Below, piece after piece: positions 19,284-30,400 of a stretch of 64,000 nucleotides of DNA (its first letter is position 1; each line of letters begins with the position of its first letter). Both the position numbers and the translations under genes were made by a program. The stretch is from Yuukianura sp. NJ FZ-2021 (lineage: Eukaryota). The notes beneath the pieces are model-generated. The model did no database searches and had not been told where the DNA came from. It saw only the letters and a list, made by a program, of their open reading frames with translations. The stretch spans positions 9,424,001-9,488,000 of the forward strand of contig CM102286.1 in assembly GCA_046563655.1 (NCBI GenBank). Reading direction: 5' to 3'.

Positions 19284-20633
19284 ATGCCACGCGTAAAAAC
19301 AACAAAAGGGTACGGTGGAACATCATCAGGGCCGGCTGCGCCATACACTTTTATCCGTTCAGAAACAAATTTGTTTGAAGAACCTGCCTTTGATGTCAGC
19401 CTTTTGTCTACAATTCAAACCGAATATCATCCAATTACATCTCTGGCGGACAGTTTGGCACCCGTCGAATTTTATATTCAAGGAAATGATACACATTTTT
19501 TGGACTTGTCCGAGACAAAGTTGTACGTCAAGGCAAGAATTGTTGCTGAAAATGGATCTGCTCTGACGGCGGAGGAACTTGTCGCACCTGCAAACAATTT
19601 TCTCCATACCCTGTTTCAGCAACTCAGCGTTTATTTCAACGAGACTCTCATCACACCATCCTCAAATCAATACGCTTACCGAAGTTACCTTGAAACTCTA
19701 CTCGGCTACAACAAGGAATTCAAAAAGTCGCAAGCACAGGGTTCTCTATACTACAAGGATAAGGATCCCAGCAACAAGAGCACAACAGTGGAGGATGGTT
19801 ATAAAACTCGATTCGATTTGACAAAGGGAAGCAAAAGTGTGGAATTGATTGGGCGTCCATTTGGAGACATTTTCGCACAAAACAAATTCCTAATTCCTGG
19901 CATTGATGTTCGCATCAGCTTCTTACGATCCTCTCCTGCATTTTGTTTAATTGCTGACAAAGCAGATGGAAGGTATCAAGTTCAAATTTCTGAGGCAAGA
20001 ATCATTGTTCAAAAGCATACTCTTCTTCCCTCACTCGTGACGTCAATCCTCAAAGAGTGGGAGCTGGGGCGATCAATTACATATCCTCTTCGTCGGGTGG
20101 AACTCAAAACCTACACGATTGGACCTGGGAGTTTGCAAAGCATAAATGAAAATCTGCTGAGTGGGCTCCTTCCAGACAGAATAATTGTTGGACTTTTGGA
20201 ATCGGAAGACTACATGGGAACAATCACCACGAATCCCTACAACTTTTCACACTTTGACTTCAACCATCTCAACGTAACTGTCAAAGGAGATCAAAGTTCA
20301 TCTCTGGCTATGCATTTGGATTGGGAAGGGGATCAGTACATACAGCTCTACAACAATCTTTTTTATGGACTTGGAATGTCCAACGAAGATGTCGGAATTG
20401 ACATGACCAGAGCCGAGTACAAGAAACAACCTTTGATGATTTACAACTTGCGTCATGTCCGCGAAGGCTTTGCACCTCCAAAACATGGAAATGTGAAAAT
20501 TGAGTTGAAATTCAAAAAGGCTGTGGCCAAGGCTATTACTGTGATGGTCTATGCCGAATACCAGGCAGTTCTCTACATTGACTCGAGCAAGAACGTCTTT
20601 TGGAAAGATTACAGCACCACCAGCACCGGTTAG
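19284..20633 (+). CDS. Polinton major capsid protein (double jelly-roll type)
   Basis: SE..LF, YHP....P.EF.I.G....LDL..T.L, NNFLH.LF.Q, Y.YR.Y.ETLL.Y, LPDRI...G motifs; ~449 aa; located before the protease. Confidence 0.9.
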   Translation: MPRVKTTKGYGGTSSGPAAPYTFIRSETNLFEEPAFDVSLLSTIQTEYHPITSLADSLAPVEFYIQGNDTHFLDLSETKLYVKARIVAENGSALTAEELVAPANNFLHTLFQQLSVYFNETLITPSSNQYAYRSYLETLLGYNKEFKKSQAQGSLYYKDKDPSNKSTTVEDGYKTRFDLTKGSKSVELIGRPFGDIFAQNKFLIPGIDVRISFLRSSPAFCLIADKADGRYQVQISEARIIVQKHTLLPSLVTSILKEWELGRSITYPLRRVELKTYTIGPGSLQSINENLLSGLLPDRIIVGLLESEDYMGTITTNPYNFSHFDFNHLNVTVKGDQSSSLAMHLDWEGDQYIQLYNNLFYGLGMSNEDVGIDMTRAEYKKQPLMIYNLRHVREGFAPPKHGNVKIELKFKKAVAKAITVMVYAEYQAVLYIDSSKNVFWKDYSTTSTG

Positions 20634-20638
20634 AGACG

Positions 20639-21166
20639 ATGGAGACGCGACAAATTTTCACCTACCTGTCATCATTTTTGAAGCCAACGCAGGCCACGTT
20701 TCGAGTCATTCCGTGTGACTATTTGGATCACCTTGAGGTTGAACGTTATCCTCTGCTGCTAGTTGTCAATTCGGATCCATCCACATCTCCTGGAAGTCAT
20801 TGGTTGGCCCTGTTTCGAGAAAATTCCAAAGCTCCCCTCAAATTCATCGACTCGTACGGGATGGGAGTAGAGTTTTACGACAAGGCCTTTTCCAACTTTG
20901 CATCTCGGCTCCAGACTTCAATTGTGGAAAACATCCGGACTCTTCAAAGCCCAAACTCTCAAGTGTGTGGAGAATATGCAATCTATTTTCTATACAAGCT
21001 TTACCACACTTGCTGTCTAATGTCCATCTACTGCAACTTCCATTCCAATTCCAAAAGAAATGATATGCTAGTTAGACAATTTGTAAGAAAAAAGCTTAGG
21101 AGACTCTCAAAAAACTCTTCTCCCTCCTCATCTAACCTTAATCAATGCTGTACTCCATTCAGTTAA
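20639..21166 (+). CDS. Adenain-like cysteine protease
   Basis: N.D.....G.HW, F.DSYG, Q.....CG.Y motifs (His-Asp-Gln-Cys). Confidence 0.92.
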   Translation: METRQIFTYLSSFLKPTQATFRVIPCDYLDHLEVERYPLLLVVNSDPSTSPGSHWLALFRENSKAPLKFIDSYGMGVEFYDKAFSNFASRLQTSIVENIRTLQSPNSQVCGEYAIYFLYKLYHTCCLMSIYCNFHSNSKRNDMLVRQFVRKKLRRLSKNSSPSSSNLNQCCTPFS

Positions 21167-21370
21167 AAAAAACAAATAAAATTTCCAAAATCCAATTCTC
21201 TTTTTCGTTCCGAATCAAGTAAAAAGATTAAAATTTTATTTTAACCACCAAGTGAAAAGAGAGAGAGGGAGTTTTAGTCGTGTGGGACGTGTTCCAGCTC
21301 CTGGTTGAAGGTTTCAATGCCTCTGAGACAAGTCTCCAGAGTCGTCTTGAGGGTTGCCACTTGTTCCGAC

Positions 21371-22162
21371 TAGGGGTCGCAAAGTCGAACGAAATCTGAA
21401 AGTCGACTTTCGACTCTGGGAATTGAGCTTCGACTCTAGAGTCGACTTTGGAGTCGACTTTTAACCTTCAATAGAATGCCCCGAAAGAAACCTAAAAATC
21501 GCATTCCAAATCCGCATGATTTTCAAAAATACACGGATTTCGGATTTCTGCGGACCAAATATGGTTTCTGATCCAGATTTTTCGGGCAAACACTCATGAA
21601 TAATTTTTTTTTTTTTTAAATAGTTTTTTTTAGGTTTTTTTTTTTTGTTTTTGTAGCAACAAAATAGTGGGGTTTAAGCACCGAAGCGGAAATGTTGATT
21701 CAAGACTATTCAAATATCTGCACGAAAACTGCGAAAACTTAAGAAATTCTTTTTGTTCAAATCTATTTTTTTTTCTAAAAATACACATTTCGAATTTCGA
21801 TATTTTGCATATGGTTTCTAGAATTTGTCTTTGGTGCGAACTTAATTCGCAGGTTCATTAAAAATTTCCACAAGTTCCGTCAATGCTTTAAACTAAACTC
21901 AAATCCGGATTCAAAGTCTTCAAACCCGGATATATACATCATATTTCGAATACACCCAAAAGGAAAATAGCTAATTTGTTTTCAATTAAATGATTTACAG
22001 TGCTTAGGCATTAAGTTGCATGTCGCTTTCCTAGGCTCAAATTACCTCATTTTTTAAGGCAAAGTCGAATTTCGAAGGTTGTAAAGTCGACTTTCGACTT
22101 TCCAAAAAATGGTCAAGAAATCGACTTCGACTTTACTCGAAAAGTCGACTTTGCGACCCCTA
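21371..22162 (+). mobile_element. Non-autonomous hAT-type DNA transposon (MITE), copy 1
   Basis: TIR TAGGGGTCGCAAAGTCGA, 8-bp TSD GTTCCGAC, many subterminal AGTCGA(CT) motifs, no coding capacity. Confidence 0.92.
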
Positions 22163-22345
22163 GTTCCGACCCTCCTCCAGTTGTCCTCAAGTAAAAGGTT
22201 GAGAGTCGACGCAAAACGTACGGGACGGAGCTGACCTCAAAGTTGACCGTGTGCTTGTTTCGGCGAAAGTAGACCCAGTGGTACATCTTCCCCTTGTACA
22301 TGGTCTCCCTGCTGAAAACCGACAACCGCTTGTCCTCATCAAAAG

Positions 22346-23132
22346 TAGGGGTCGCAAAGTCGACTTTTCGAGTAAAGTCGAAGTCGATTTCTTGACCATT
22401 TTTTGGAAAGTCGAAAGTCGACTTTACAACCTTCGAAATTCGACTTTGCCTTAAAAAATGAGGTAATTTGAGCCTAGGAAAGCGACATGCAACTTAATGC
22501 CTAAGCACTGTAAATCATTTAATTGAAAACAAATTAGCTATTTTCCTTTTGGGTGTATTCGAAATATGATGTATATATCCGGGTTTGAAGACTTTGAATC
22601 CGGATTTGAGTTTAGTTTAAAGCATTGACGGAACTTGTGGAAATTTTTAATGAACCTGCGAATTAAGTTCGCACCAAAGACAAATTCTAGAAACCATATG
22701 CAACATATCGAAATTCGAAATGTGTATTTTTAGAAAAAAAAATAGATTTGAACAAAAAGAATTTCTTAAGTTTTCGCAGTTTTCGTGCAGATATTTGAAT
22801 AGTTTTGAATCAACATTTCCGCTTCGGTGCTTAAACCCCACTATTTTGTTGCTACAAAAACAAAAAAAAAACCTAAAAAAAACTATTTAAAAAAAAAAAT
22901 TATTCATGAGTGTTTGCCCGAAAAATCTGTATCAGAAACCATATTTGGTCCGCAGAAATCCGAAATCCGTGTATTTTTGAAAATCATGCGGATTTGGAAT
23001 GTGATTTTTAGGTTTCTTTCGGGGCATTCTATTGAAGGTTAAAAGTCGACTCCAAAGTCGACTCTAGAGTCGAAGCTCAATTCCCAGAGTCGAAAGTCGA
23101 CTTTCAGATTTCGTTCGACTTTGCGACCCCTA
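22346..23132 (-). mobile_element. Non-autonomous hAT-type DNA transposon (MITE), copy 2, inverted
   Basis: Reverse complement of copy 1; same TIRs; its own 8-bp TSD ATCAAAAG. Confidence 0.92.
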
Positions 23133-23441
23133 ATCAAAAGCCGCATCGCTGGGAGCAAACATTCTCACGTCCAAAGATTCGTCGTCTGAAACAAAGAAGA
23201 AAAAAAAATTTTTTTAAACTTTTGAAACATTGCAACTTTCCAAATCAAATTTGTACGGAGAGAGAGTTTTGTTTTGACTTACTTTGATCGTTTGACGCCA
23301 TTGGTGCCAACAAAACAAGTAGTAAGAGTAGTGTTGAGATGGTGAAGGTTCGAGTAGAAATGAAGTGGAACATGAAAGAGAAGAAGGGTAAAGTAGAAGA
23401 AGAAAAACGATTTGGGAGTGTGGGAAACTGCTGACGTTGCT

Positions 23442-23974
23442 TCAGTTGGAGCTTGGAATTTCTTCACTCTTACTAGCATCAACTTCGTCTTGGTTCTTGG
23501 AATCCCCGTCATCCACTGAGAACGTTGACAAGTCGTTGAGGTCGTCAGAAGTTGAACCATGCTCGGAACATAGCCAATCATAAAATTCCACGTCATCTAC
23601 TCCTTCCCCAAACCTCCCAACTCCCCAAACATCTTCTTTCCATTTGTCTTCCTTCATTTCCTTCACCCGATGAAGAATCTTACTTTTTGCAGACTCACCA
23701 GCGTACCTCAAATCCCTCTGTTTGTTCAAGTAGTCAATGTTCGCCTCTCCCACAATTTTTTTGAATTCTGGAAGGTTTTTGGACTGTTTCCGGCATGAAT
23801 GTAGCACTGAATTAGTTTTTCAACGATGAAAGGAGTGTCCCTCATGAGGATTTCCGCATGCCAGCCATCTCTCTTGAATGTGACCTTCTTCTGCCAGCTG
23901 AATTCGTCTCGTGTGTACCAACACTTCAACTCCTTCCCTCCCTTCTCACTTGGGTAGTATCGCCCGGATTCCAT
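23442..23974 (-). pseudogene. Orphan Polinton gene with one frameshift and an acidic C-terminus
   Basis: Overlapping ORFs 23726-23974 (MESGRYY...) and 23442-23807 join with a single frameshift at ~23760-23810. Confidence 0.55.
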
Positions 23975-24055
23975 AATTTTATTCTTCTTAAATTTGAACA
24001 TCTTTGGTCGAGTGATAAAGTAGAACTGACAAATTTTTTCTCCAAAATCACTGTC

Positions 24056-25719
24056 CTAATCCGAAAAGTACAAGTTGTGGAGTTCCGGATAATATCGTTG
24101 CCGCTTTCCATGTATTCGACTCCTCCTCTCCTCCTTATCATACTCTGAAATCAGCCTCCTCACCTTTTTCACAAATTCTTGTTTTTTCCGACCCTCTGGG
24201 AAAGTGAAATGGCATACGGATCTTGGATTTCGTGTTGGATGTACACTTGCCATGCCCAAGTTCCGTCCAGCATAAATTATGTCCGTCCACAGCCGATCAT
24301 CTTCGTCATTGTTAACAAACGAGGTTCCGGAAATATCTTCCAACCTCAAAATCTTTAAACTCTTGCATTTTTTTACAATGTCAAGAAACACATATGCATT
24401 CACTCCGCATGTGTCGTCGTAACGGTCGCCAAGTTTAAAAAGGCAGAGTGTGCCTAAATTAGGTAAAGCAGCCACCAAATTGACGAGATGTTCTCTTTCC
24501 ATCCGACAACGGCCGAGCACCAACTTCCTCAAACAAGGTGGTACAACCAAGTTTAGTGTTGCTGTGAAATATGGATTCCTGATTCCAAACCCTGGATTAA
24601 ACGCCAAACGACTTGTACCTTCAAAATGAAGTGACAACTTCAACAAGGACGTACAATCCTTCACCCAATCCAAATTTCCAAGGAGTCCATGGTCATAATC
24701 CAGATATTCAAACCGGATCCTCTTCAGTGTGGATATTGAATTTTTCACAATTGTAGCTGCTTCCTGAAGATTCAAGGCTTCCAGCCCATGCTTGAGTTCT
24801 TCGAAAGAATTCGGAAGGGTGAAGAAGATCCTCCAAAGTGGGTGAATTAACCTGCATGTGGCTGGGTACATCGCCATGGTCCACATGAAACTTTCAGAAT
24901 TTTAAGATTTTGAAACTTTTCCAGCTTTGTATTTGAAACAAGTTGCGTAATTTCCTCTTCAACAAACTTTTTCACACCACCGCATTCGATTGTTAGCACT
25001 TGGAGGGTGTCGGAATGTAAATTTAGGAATTTGATCACATCACGGAGGTTGTCCACATCCATCAGTTTTCCCTCAAAACTAAACTGTTGAAGTGTAGAAA
25101 TTTTGAAAGGGGACGATGTAACAGTCCTGAATATTGTTGGTATATGCGGTTGGTCAGTGTGACTCTCCCCACGAATCTTCAAACACTTCAACTCCTTGAA
25201 TCGCTTAAACACAGTTTCGTATGCAAAGTTTTCAGTCTCCTCAAAGAGATTCTCATACTGGTGGTTGTAGTTGAAAATGATGGATGTTAGCGACGTACAA
25301 CGTGCCAGAAATTTTCGAATAAGTGGGGCATGTCGCACTTCAAAAAATTCAATTTCACGAATCTTGTCGATGTGCTTCAGCTCCAGAAAATCAGAAACAT
25401 CCTCCATCTGGGGATTATGTGGAAATACTCGAAGCGTAAGAGAACGAATCCTTAGGTTCCAGTGAGGGCGGATCAAGTCAATTCTCATACCAGCTCCAAC
25501 AATATCAACATCGAAGGCGGCTACACCATCGACGACATTTTTCAATTTGCGAGATGTTTCCCTCAGATTACACAAGTCCTTGTTGTCCAGTTTCTTCATA
25601 ATCAGTCCCAAAATCTGTTGCAAAACAGTCAATATGTCACAAGGAGCAAATTCTTATTAGTATTATTCATCATTTTCAAAACTGAAAAGTAATCTTACCT
25701 CATTTGGTAAACCCTCCAT
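24056..25719 (-). pseudogene. F-box / LRR-like cargo protein (exon 1 25719-25699, intron 25698-25615; one frameshift at ~24890)
   Basis: Splicing gives MEGLPNEILGLIMKKLDNKDLCNLRETSRKLKNVVD, an F-box consensus. Followed by LxxLxL repeats (CTSLTSI, LKCLKI, LKILKV, LRKLVL, LPNLGTLCL, CKSLKILRL). Confidence 0.8.
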
Positions 25720-26278
25720 CTTGTTTAATCACAAAAAGAACTTAAGAATTTTGCGGAAGGTTGTGTCTCAACTTTTTCTGTGGTGAACAACAAAGTACAA
25801 GTTGTGAACAAGTAGTTTTCAAAAGATTTAGTTTGAAGAAACTTCTTTGTGAACTATTCGGCAGCAACTGAACTGTGGATTTTCTTCAAAATGTTACCCT
25901 GTTTCCTCAAATGTTAGAGTTACAAGTTCCAAACCACACTCTCTTCAGGAGTCTAAATGCGAAAAAATCCTCCCAAAAAATCCCGACACAAATCGAGGGG
26001 GAGGGGGATGATATGTGACGACCACACACTCTTCACAACAGTGACATAAAGTGAGGGAGATTGTAGGTTTGGGCAACTCATCTCACAACCAAATTGAACA
26101 AAAAAAAATTACTCCTAAGAAGATTCGAACTCAAAACTACAAAACAGAAGACTATTGCTCAATGAATCAACAGCGAGCTCGTACTCCACCAGGGCAGTAG
26201 CCTTCTGACTAGAAACTTAAACAATTTTCTTCCAAGTTCAAAGTTCAAGTTTTACTTCTAGATGTTTAACTAACTTAA

Positions 26279-26520
26279 AAATCCCGAGACATAAACAGCT
26301 TATTGTCATTTTCACAGATTTTTTTTGCCTCCTCCAAACATTGAAAACCTCATATGTACATTTTAAATTAGTAATGAATTGAATCTATTTTAAATTTTAA
26401 ATCCCGAGTAATATACAACTTATTGTCATAACTTTTGAACACTGTTTCTTTTTCCTAACAACAATTTTTAACCTCATATGTACATTTTCAATTAGTGAAG
26501 AAATATTGAATTAAAATTTT
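26279..26520. repeat. Diverged tandem duplication of ~120 bp
   Basis: aaatcccgag...cttattgtcat...aacctcatatgtacatttt.aattagt occurs twice in tandem. Confidence 0.75.
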
Positions 26521-26649
26521 TTTAAATATTTAACTCAAACTTTGAACTACTAGACAAAACAAAACATAAACTAATGGTCCGACTCCTCCCCTGTCACAAG
26601 AGTAAAATCAAGAGTAAAGGTTTTCGAACAACTAAACTCAGTTTCGTTT

Positions 26650-27400
26650 TTCGTTTAGCCCGTGGAACTGAGATGGGACCTTTTCATCTCGGTTCTACTT
26701 GCTAAACCATGTTTTTTGGGAGGTGTGGTTTTTGAGAAAATCAGATGCATCCCCCAGTCCTCATTCCCACCCTGATGTGTCTCTAGCCAAGAAGCAGTGC
26801 TTCTAAAGCTGAACTTTTTTTTTTGAGAAGTTTTTCGAGACTCTGGAGATGTTGAGTTTCATAGTCAAGTGCATCCCCATTCCGTTGTAGTTTTACCACA
26901 CAAAAAATGTCAACAAATCTGGCCTTGCAAAATGCGGCTTGACAAAAAAATTAGTAATCTTAGTTTAGCCCGTGGAACTGAGATGGGACCTTTCCATCTC
27001 AGTTTTTCTGTCTAAACCATGTTTTTTTGCCAGGTGTGGTTTTTGAGAAAATCATATGCATCCCCCAGTCCTCATTCCCACCCTGATGTGTCTCTAGCCA
27101 AGAAGCAGTGCTTCTAAAGCTGAACTTTTTTTTTGAGAAGTTTGTCGAGACTCTGGAGATGTTGGGTTTCATAGTCAAGTGCATCCCCGACTCCGTTGTA
27201 GTTTTACCACACAAAAAATGTCAACAAATCTGGCCTTGCAAAATGCGGTCGTATACTCTTCTCCACTGGGAGAAGGAATGACATCATCATTTTCTCATGC
27301 ACTCTGAAAGCGCAAGTGGGTCATGTTTACATTTTTTTGACTAAAGTTCAAGTTTGTTTTTGTTATTGTTTTTACTAGTAGTCATGCGATGGTTACTACT
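26650..27400 (-). repeat. Right TIR/subterminal block of the Polinton
   Basis: Two ~310-bp tandem units (26653, 26963) inverted relative to 8698-9190, plus ~150 bp of unique terminus ending in ACTACT. Confidence 0.88.
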
Positions 27401-30400
27401 TCTTTGATTAAAATTCTGAAAAATTTTCCACCGTTTTAAGAAATCAAAACAAATGCTTAATTGTCAATTAATGAGACGCGCGAAGTTGATGCTGTGCATT
27501 TAGAGTTGCTTGACCGCCACATTTTGAGGGCAAGCGAAGCGGTAGTTGTTCTTGGCGATAGTGAAACGGCTTCATGGGTTTTCTCTTTGATTAAAATTCT
27601 GAAAAATTTTCCACCGTTTTAAGAAATCAAAACAAATGCTTAATTGTCAATTAATGAGACGCGCGAATTGGATGCTGTGCATTTAGAGTTGCTTGACCGC
27701 CACATTTTGAGGGCAAGCGAAGCGGTAGTTGTTCTTGGCGATAGTGAAACGGCTTCATGGGTTTTCTCTATGATTAAAATTCTGAAAAATTTTCCACCGT
27801 TTTAAGAAATCAAAACAAATGCTTAATTGTCAATTCATGAGACGCGCGAAGTTGATGCTGTGCATTTAGAGTTGCTTGACCGCCACATTTTGAGGGCAAG
27901 CGAAGCGGTAGTTGTTCTTGGCGATTGTGAAACGGCTTCATGGGTTTTCTCTTTGATTAAAATTCTGGAAAATTTACCACCGTTTTAAGAAATCAAAACA
28001 AATGCTTAATTGTCAATTATCGAGACGCGTGAAGTTGATGCTGTGCATTTAGCATTGCTTGACCGCCACATTTTGAAGGCAAGCGAAGCGGTCGTTGGTC
28101 TAGGCGATAGTGAAACGGCTTCATGGGTTTTCTCTTTGATTAAAATTCTGAAAAAATTTTCGCCGTTTTAAGAAACCAAAAGAAATGCTTAATTGTCAAT
28201 TATCGAGACGCGTAAAGTTGATGCTGTGCATTTAGTGTCGCTTGACCGCCAAATTTTTAGGCAAGCGAAGCGGTCGTTGGTCTAGGCGATAGTGAAACGG
28301 CTTCATGGGTTTTCTCTTTGATTAAAATTCTGAAAAATTTTCCACCGTTTTAAGAAATCAAAACAAATGCTTAATTGTCAATTAATGAGACGCGCGAATT
28401 GGATGCTGTGCATTTAGCGGTGATTGACCGCCACATTTTGAGCGCTTGCGAAGAGGTCGTTGTTCTTGGCGATAATGAAACGGCTTCATGGGTTTTCTCT
28501 TTGATTAAAATTCTGAAAATTTTTCCTCCGTTTTAAGAAACCAAAAGAAATGCTTAATTGTCAATTATCGAGACGCGAAGTTGATGCTGTGCATTTAGAG
28601 TTGCTTGACCGCCACATTTTGAGGGCAAGCGAAGCGGTAGTTGTTCTTGGCGATAGTGAAACGGCTTCATGGGTTTTCTCTATGATTAAAATTCTGAAAA
28701 ATTTTCCACCGTTTTAAGAAATCAAAACAAATGCTTAATTGTCAATTAATGAGACGCGCGAATTGGATGCTGTGCATTTAGCGTTGCTTGACCGCCACAT
28801 TTTGAGGGCAAGCGAAGTGGTCGTTGTTCTTGGCGATAGTGAAACGGCTTCATGGGTTTTCTTTTTGATTAAAATTCTGGAAAATTTTCCACCGTTTTAA
28901 GAAACCAAAAGAAATGCTTAATTGTCAATTATCTAGACGCGTGGAGTTGATGCTGTGCATTTAGTGTCGCTTGACCGCCCAATTTTAGGGCAAGCGAAGC
29001 GGTCCTAGCTTTTGGCGATCATGAAACGGCTTCATGGGTTTTCTCTTTGATTAAAATTCTGAAAAAATTTTCGCCGTTTTAAGAAACCAAAAGAAATGCT
29101 TAATTGTCAATTATCGAGACGCGCGAATTGGATGCTGTGCATTTAGCGTTCCTTGACCGCCAAATTTTTAGGGCAAGCGAAGCGGTCGTAGCTTTTGGCG
29201 ATAGTGAAACGGCTTCATGGGTTTTCTCTTTGATTAAAATTCTGAAAAAATTTTCACCGTTTTAAGAAACCAAAAGAAATGCTTAATTGTCAATTATCGA
29301 GACGCGTGAAGTTGATGCTGTGCATTTAGTGTCGCTTGACCGCCAAATTTTTAGGGCAAGCGAAGCGGTCGTAGCTTTTGGCGATAGTGAAACGGCTTCA
29401 TGGGTTTTCTCTTTGATTAAAATTCTGGAAAAATTTTCACCGTTTTAAGAAACAAAAAGAAATGCTTAATTGTCAATTATCGAGACGCGTGGAGTTGATG
29501 CTGTGCATTTAGTGTCGCTTGACCGCCAAATTTTTAGGGCAAGCGAAGCGGTCGTTGGTCTAGGCGATAGTGAAACGGCTTCATGGGTTTTCTCTTTGAT
29601 TAAAATTCTGAAAAATTTTCCACCGTTTTAAGAAATCAAAACAAATGCTTAATTGTCAATTAATGAGACGCGCGAATTGGATGCTGTGCATTTAGCGTTT
29701 CTTGACCGCCACATTTTGAGGGCAAGCGAAGCGGTAGTTGTTCTTGGCGATAGTGAAACGGCTTCATGGGTTTTCTCTATGATTAAAATTCTGAAAAATT
29801 TTCCACCGTTTTAAGAAATCAAAACAAATGCTTAATTGTCAATTAATGAGACGCGCGAATTGGATGCTGTGCATTTAGAGTTGCTTGACCGCCACATTTT
29901 GAGGGCAAGCGACGCGGTAGTTGTTCTTGGCGATTGTGAAACGGCTTCATGGGTTTTCTCTTTGATTAAAATTCTGAAAAATTTTCCACCGTTTTAAGAA
30001 ATCAAAACAAATGCTTAATTGTCAATTATCGAGACGCGTAAAGTTGATGCTGTGCATTTAGTGTCGCTTGACCGCCAAATTTTTAGGCAAGCGAAGCGGT
30101 CGTTGGTCTAGGCGATAGTGAAACGGCTTCGTTGGTTTTCTTTTTGATTAAAATTCTGAAAAAATTTTCACCGTTTTAAGAAACCAAAAGAAATGCTTAA
30201 TTGTCAATTATCGAGACGCGTGAAGTTGATGCTGTGCATTTAGTGTCGCTTGACCGCCACATTTTGAAGGCAAGCGAAGCGGTCCTAGCTTTTGGCGATC
30301 ATGAAACGGCTTCATGGGTTTTCTCTTTGATTAAAATTCTGAAAAAATTTTCGCCGTTTTAAGAAACCAAAAGAAATGCTTAATTGTCAATTAATGAGAC

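Larger units (their letters stand above)
21274..23301 (-). pseudogene. Small spliced orphan gene (111 aa) interrupted by two hAT MITEs
   Basis: Exon 1 at 23301-23283, intron 23282-23186 (GTAAGT...TTTCAG). Removing both MITEs plus one TSD each gives a stop-free frame MASNDQNDESLDVRMFAPSDAAFDEDKRLSVF...GGGSEQVATLK...HVPHD*. Confidence 0.75.
8698..27400 (+). mobile_element. Maverick/Polinton (adintovirus-like) element; left terminus lost
   Basis: pPolB, A32-like ATPase, rve integrase, minor and major capsid, and adenain-like protease; inverted subterminal repeats at 8698-9190 and 26650-27250; right end terminates in ACTACT (complement of the canonical AGTAGT). Confidence 0.95.

Noticed and set aside
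21371..23132. Single Foldback/Mutator element with 790-bp TIRs
   Set aside because: Each arm has its own TIR pair and a distinct 8-bp TSD, so these are two hAT MITE insertions.
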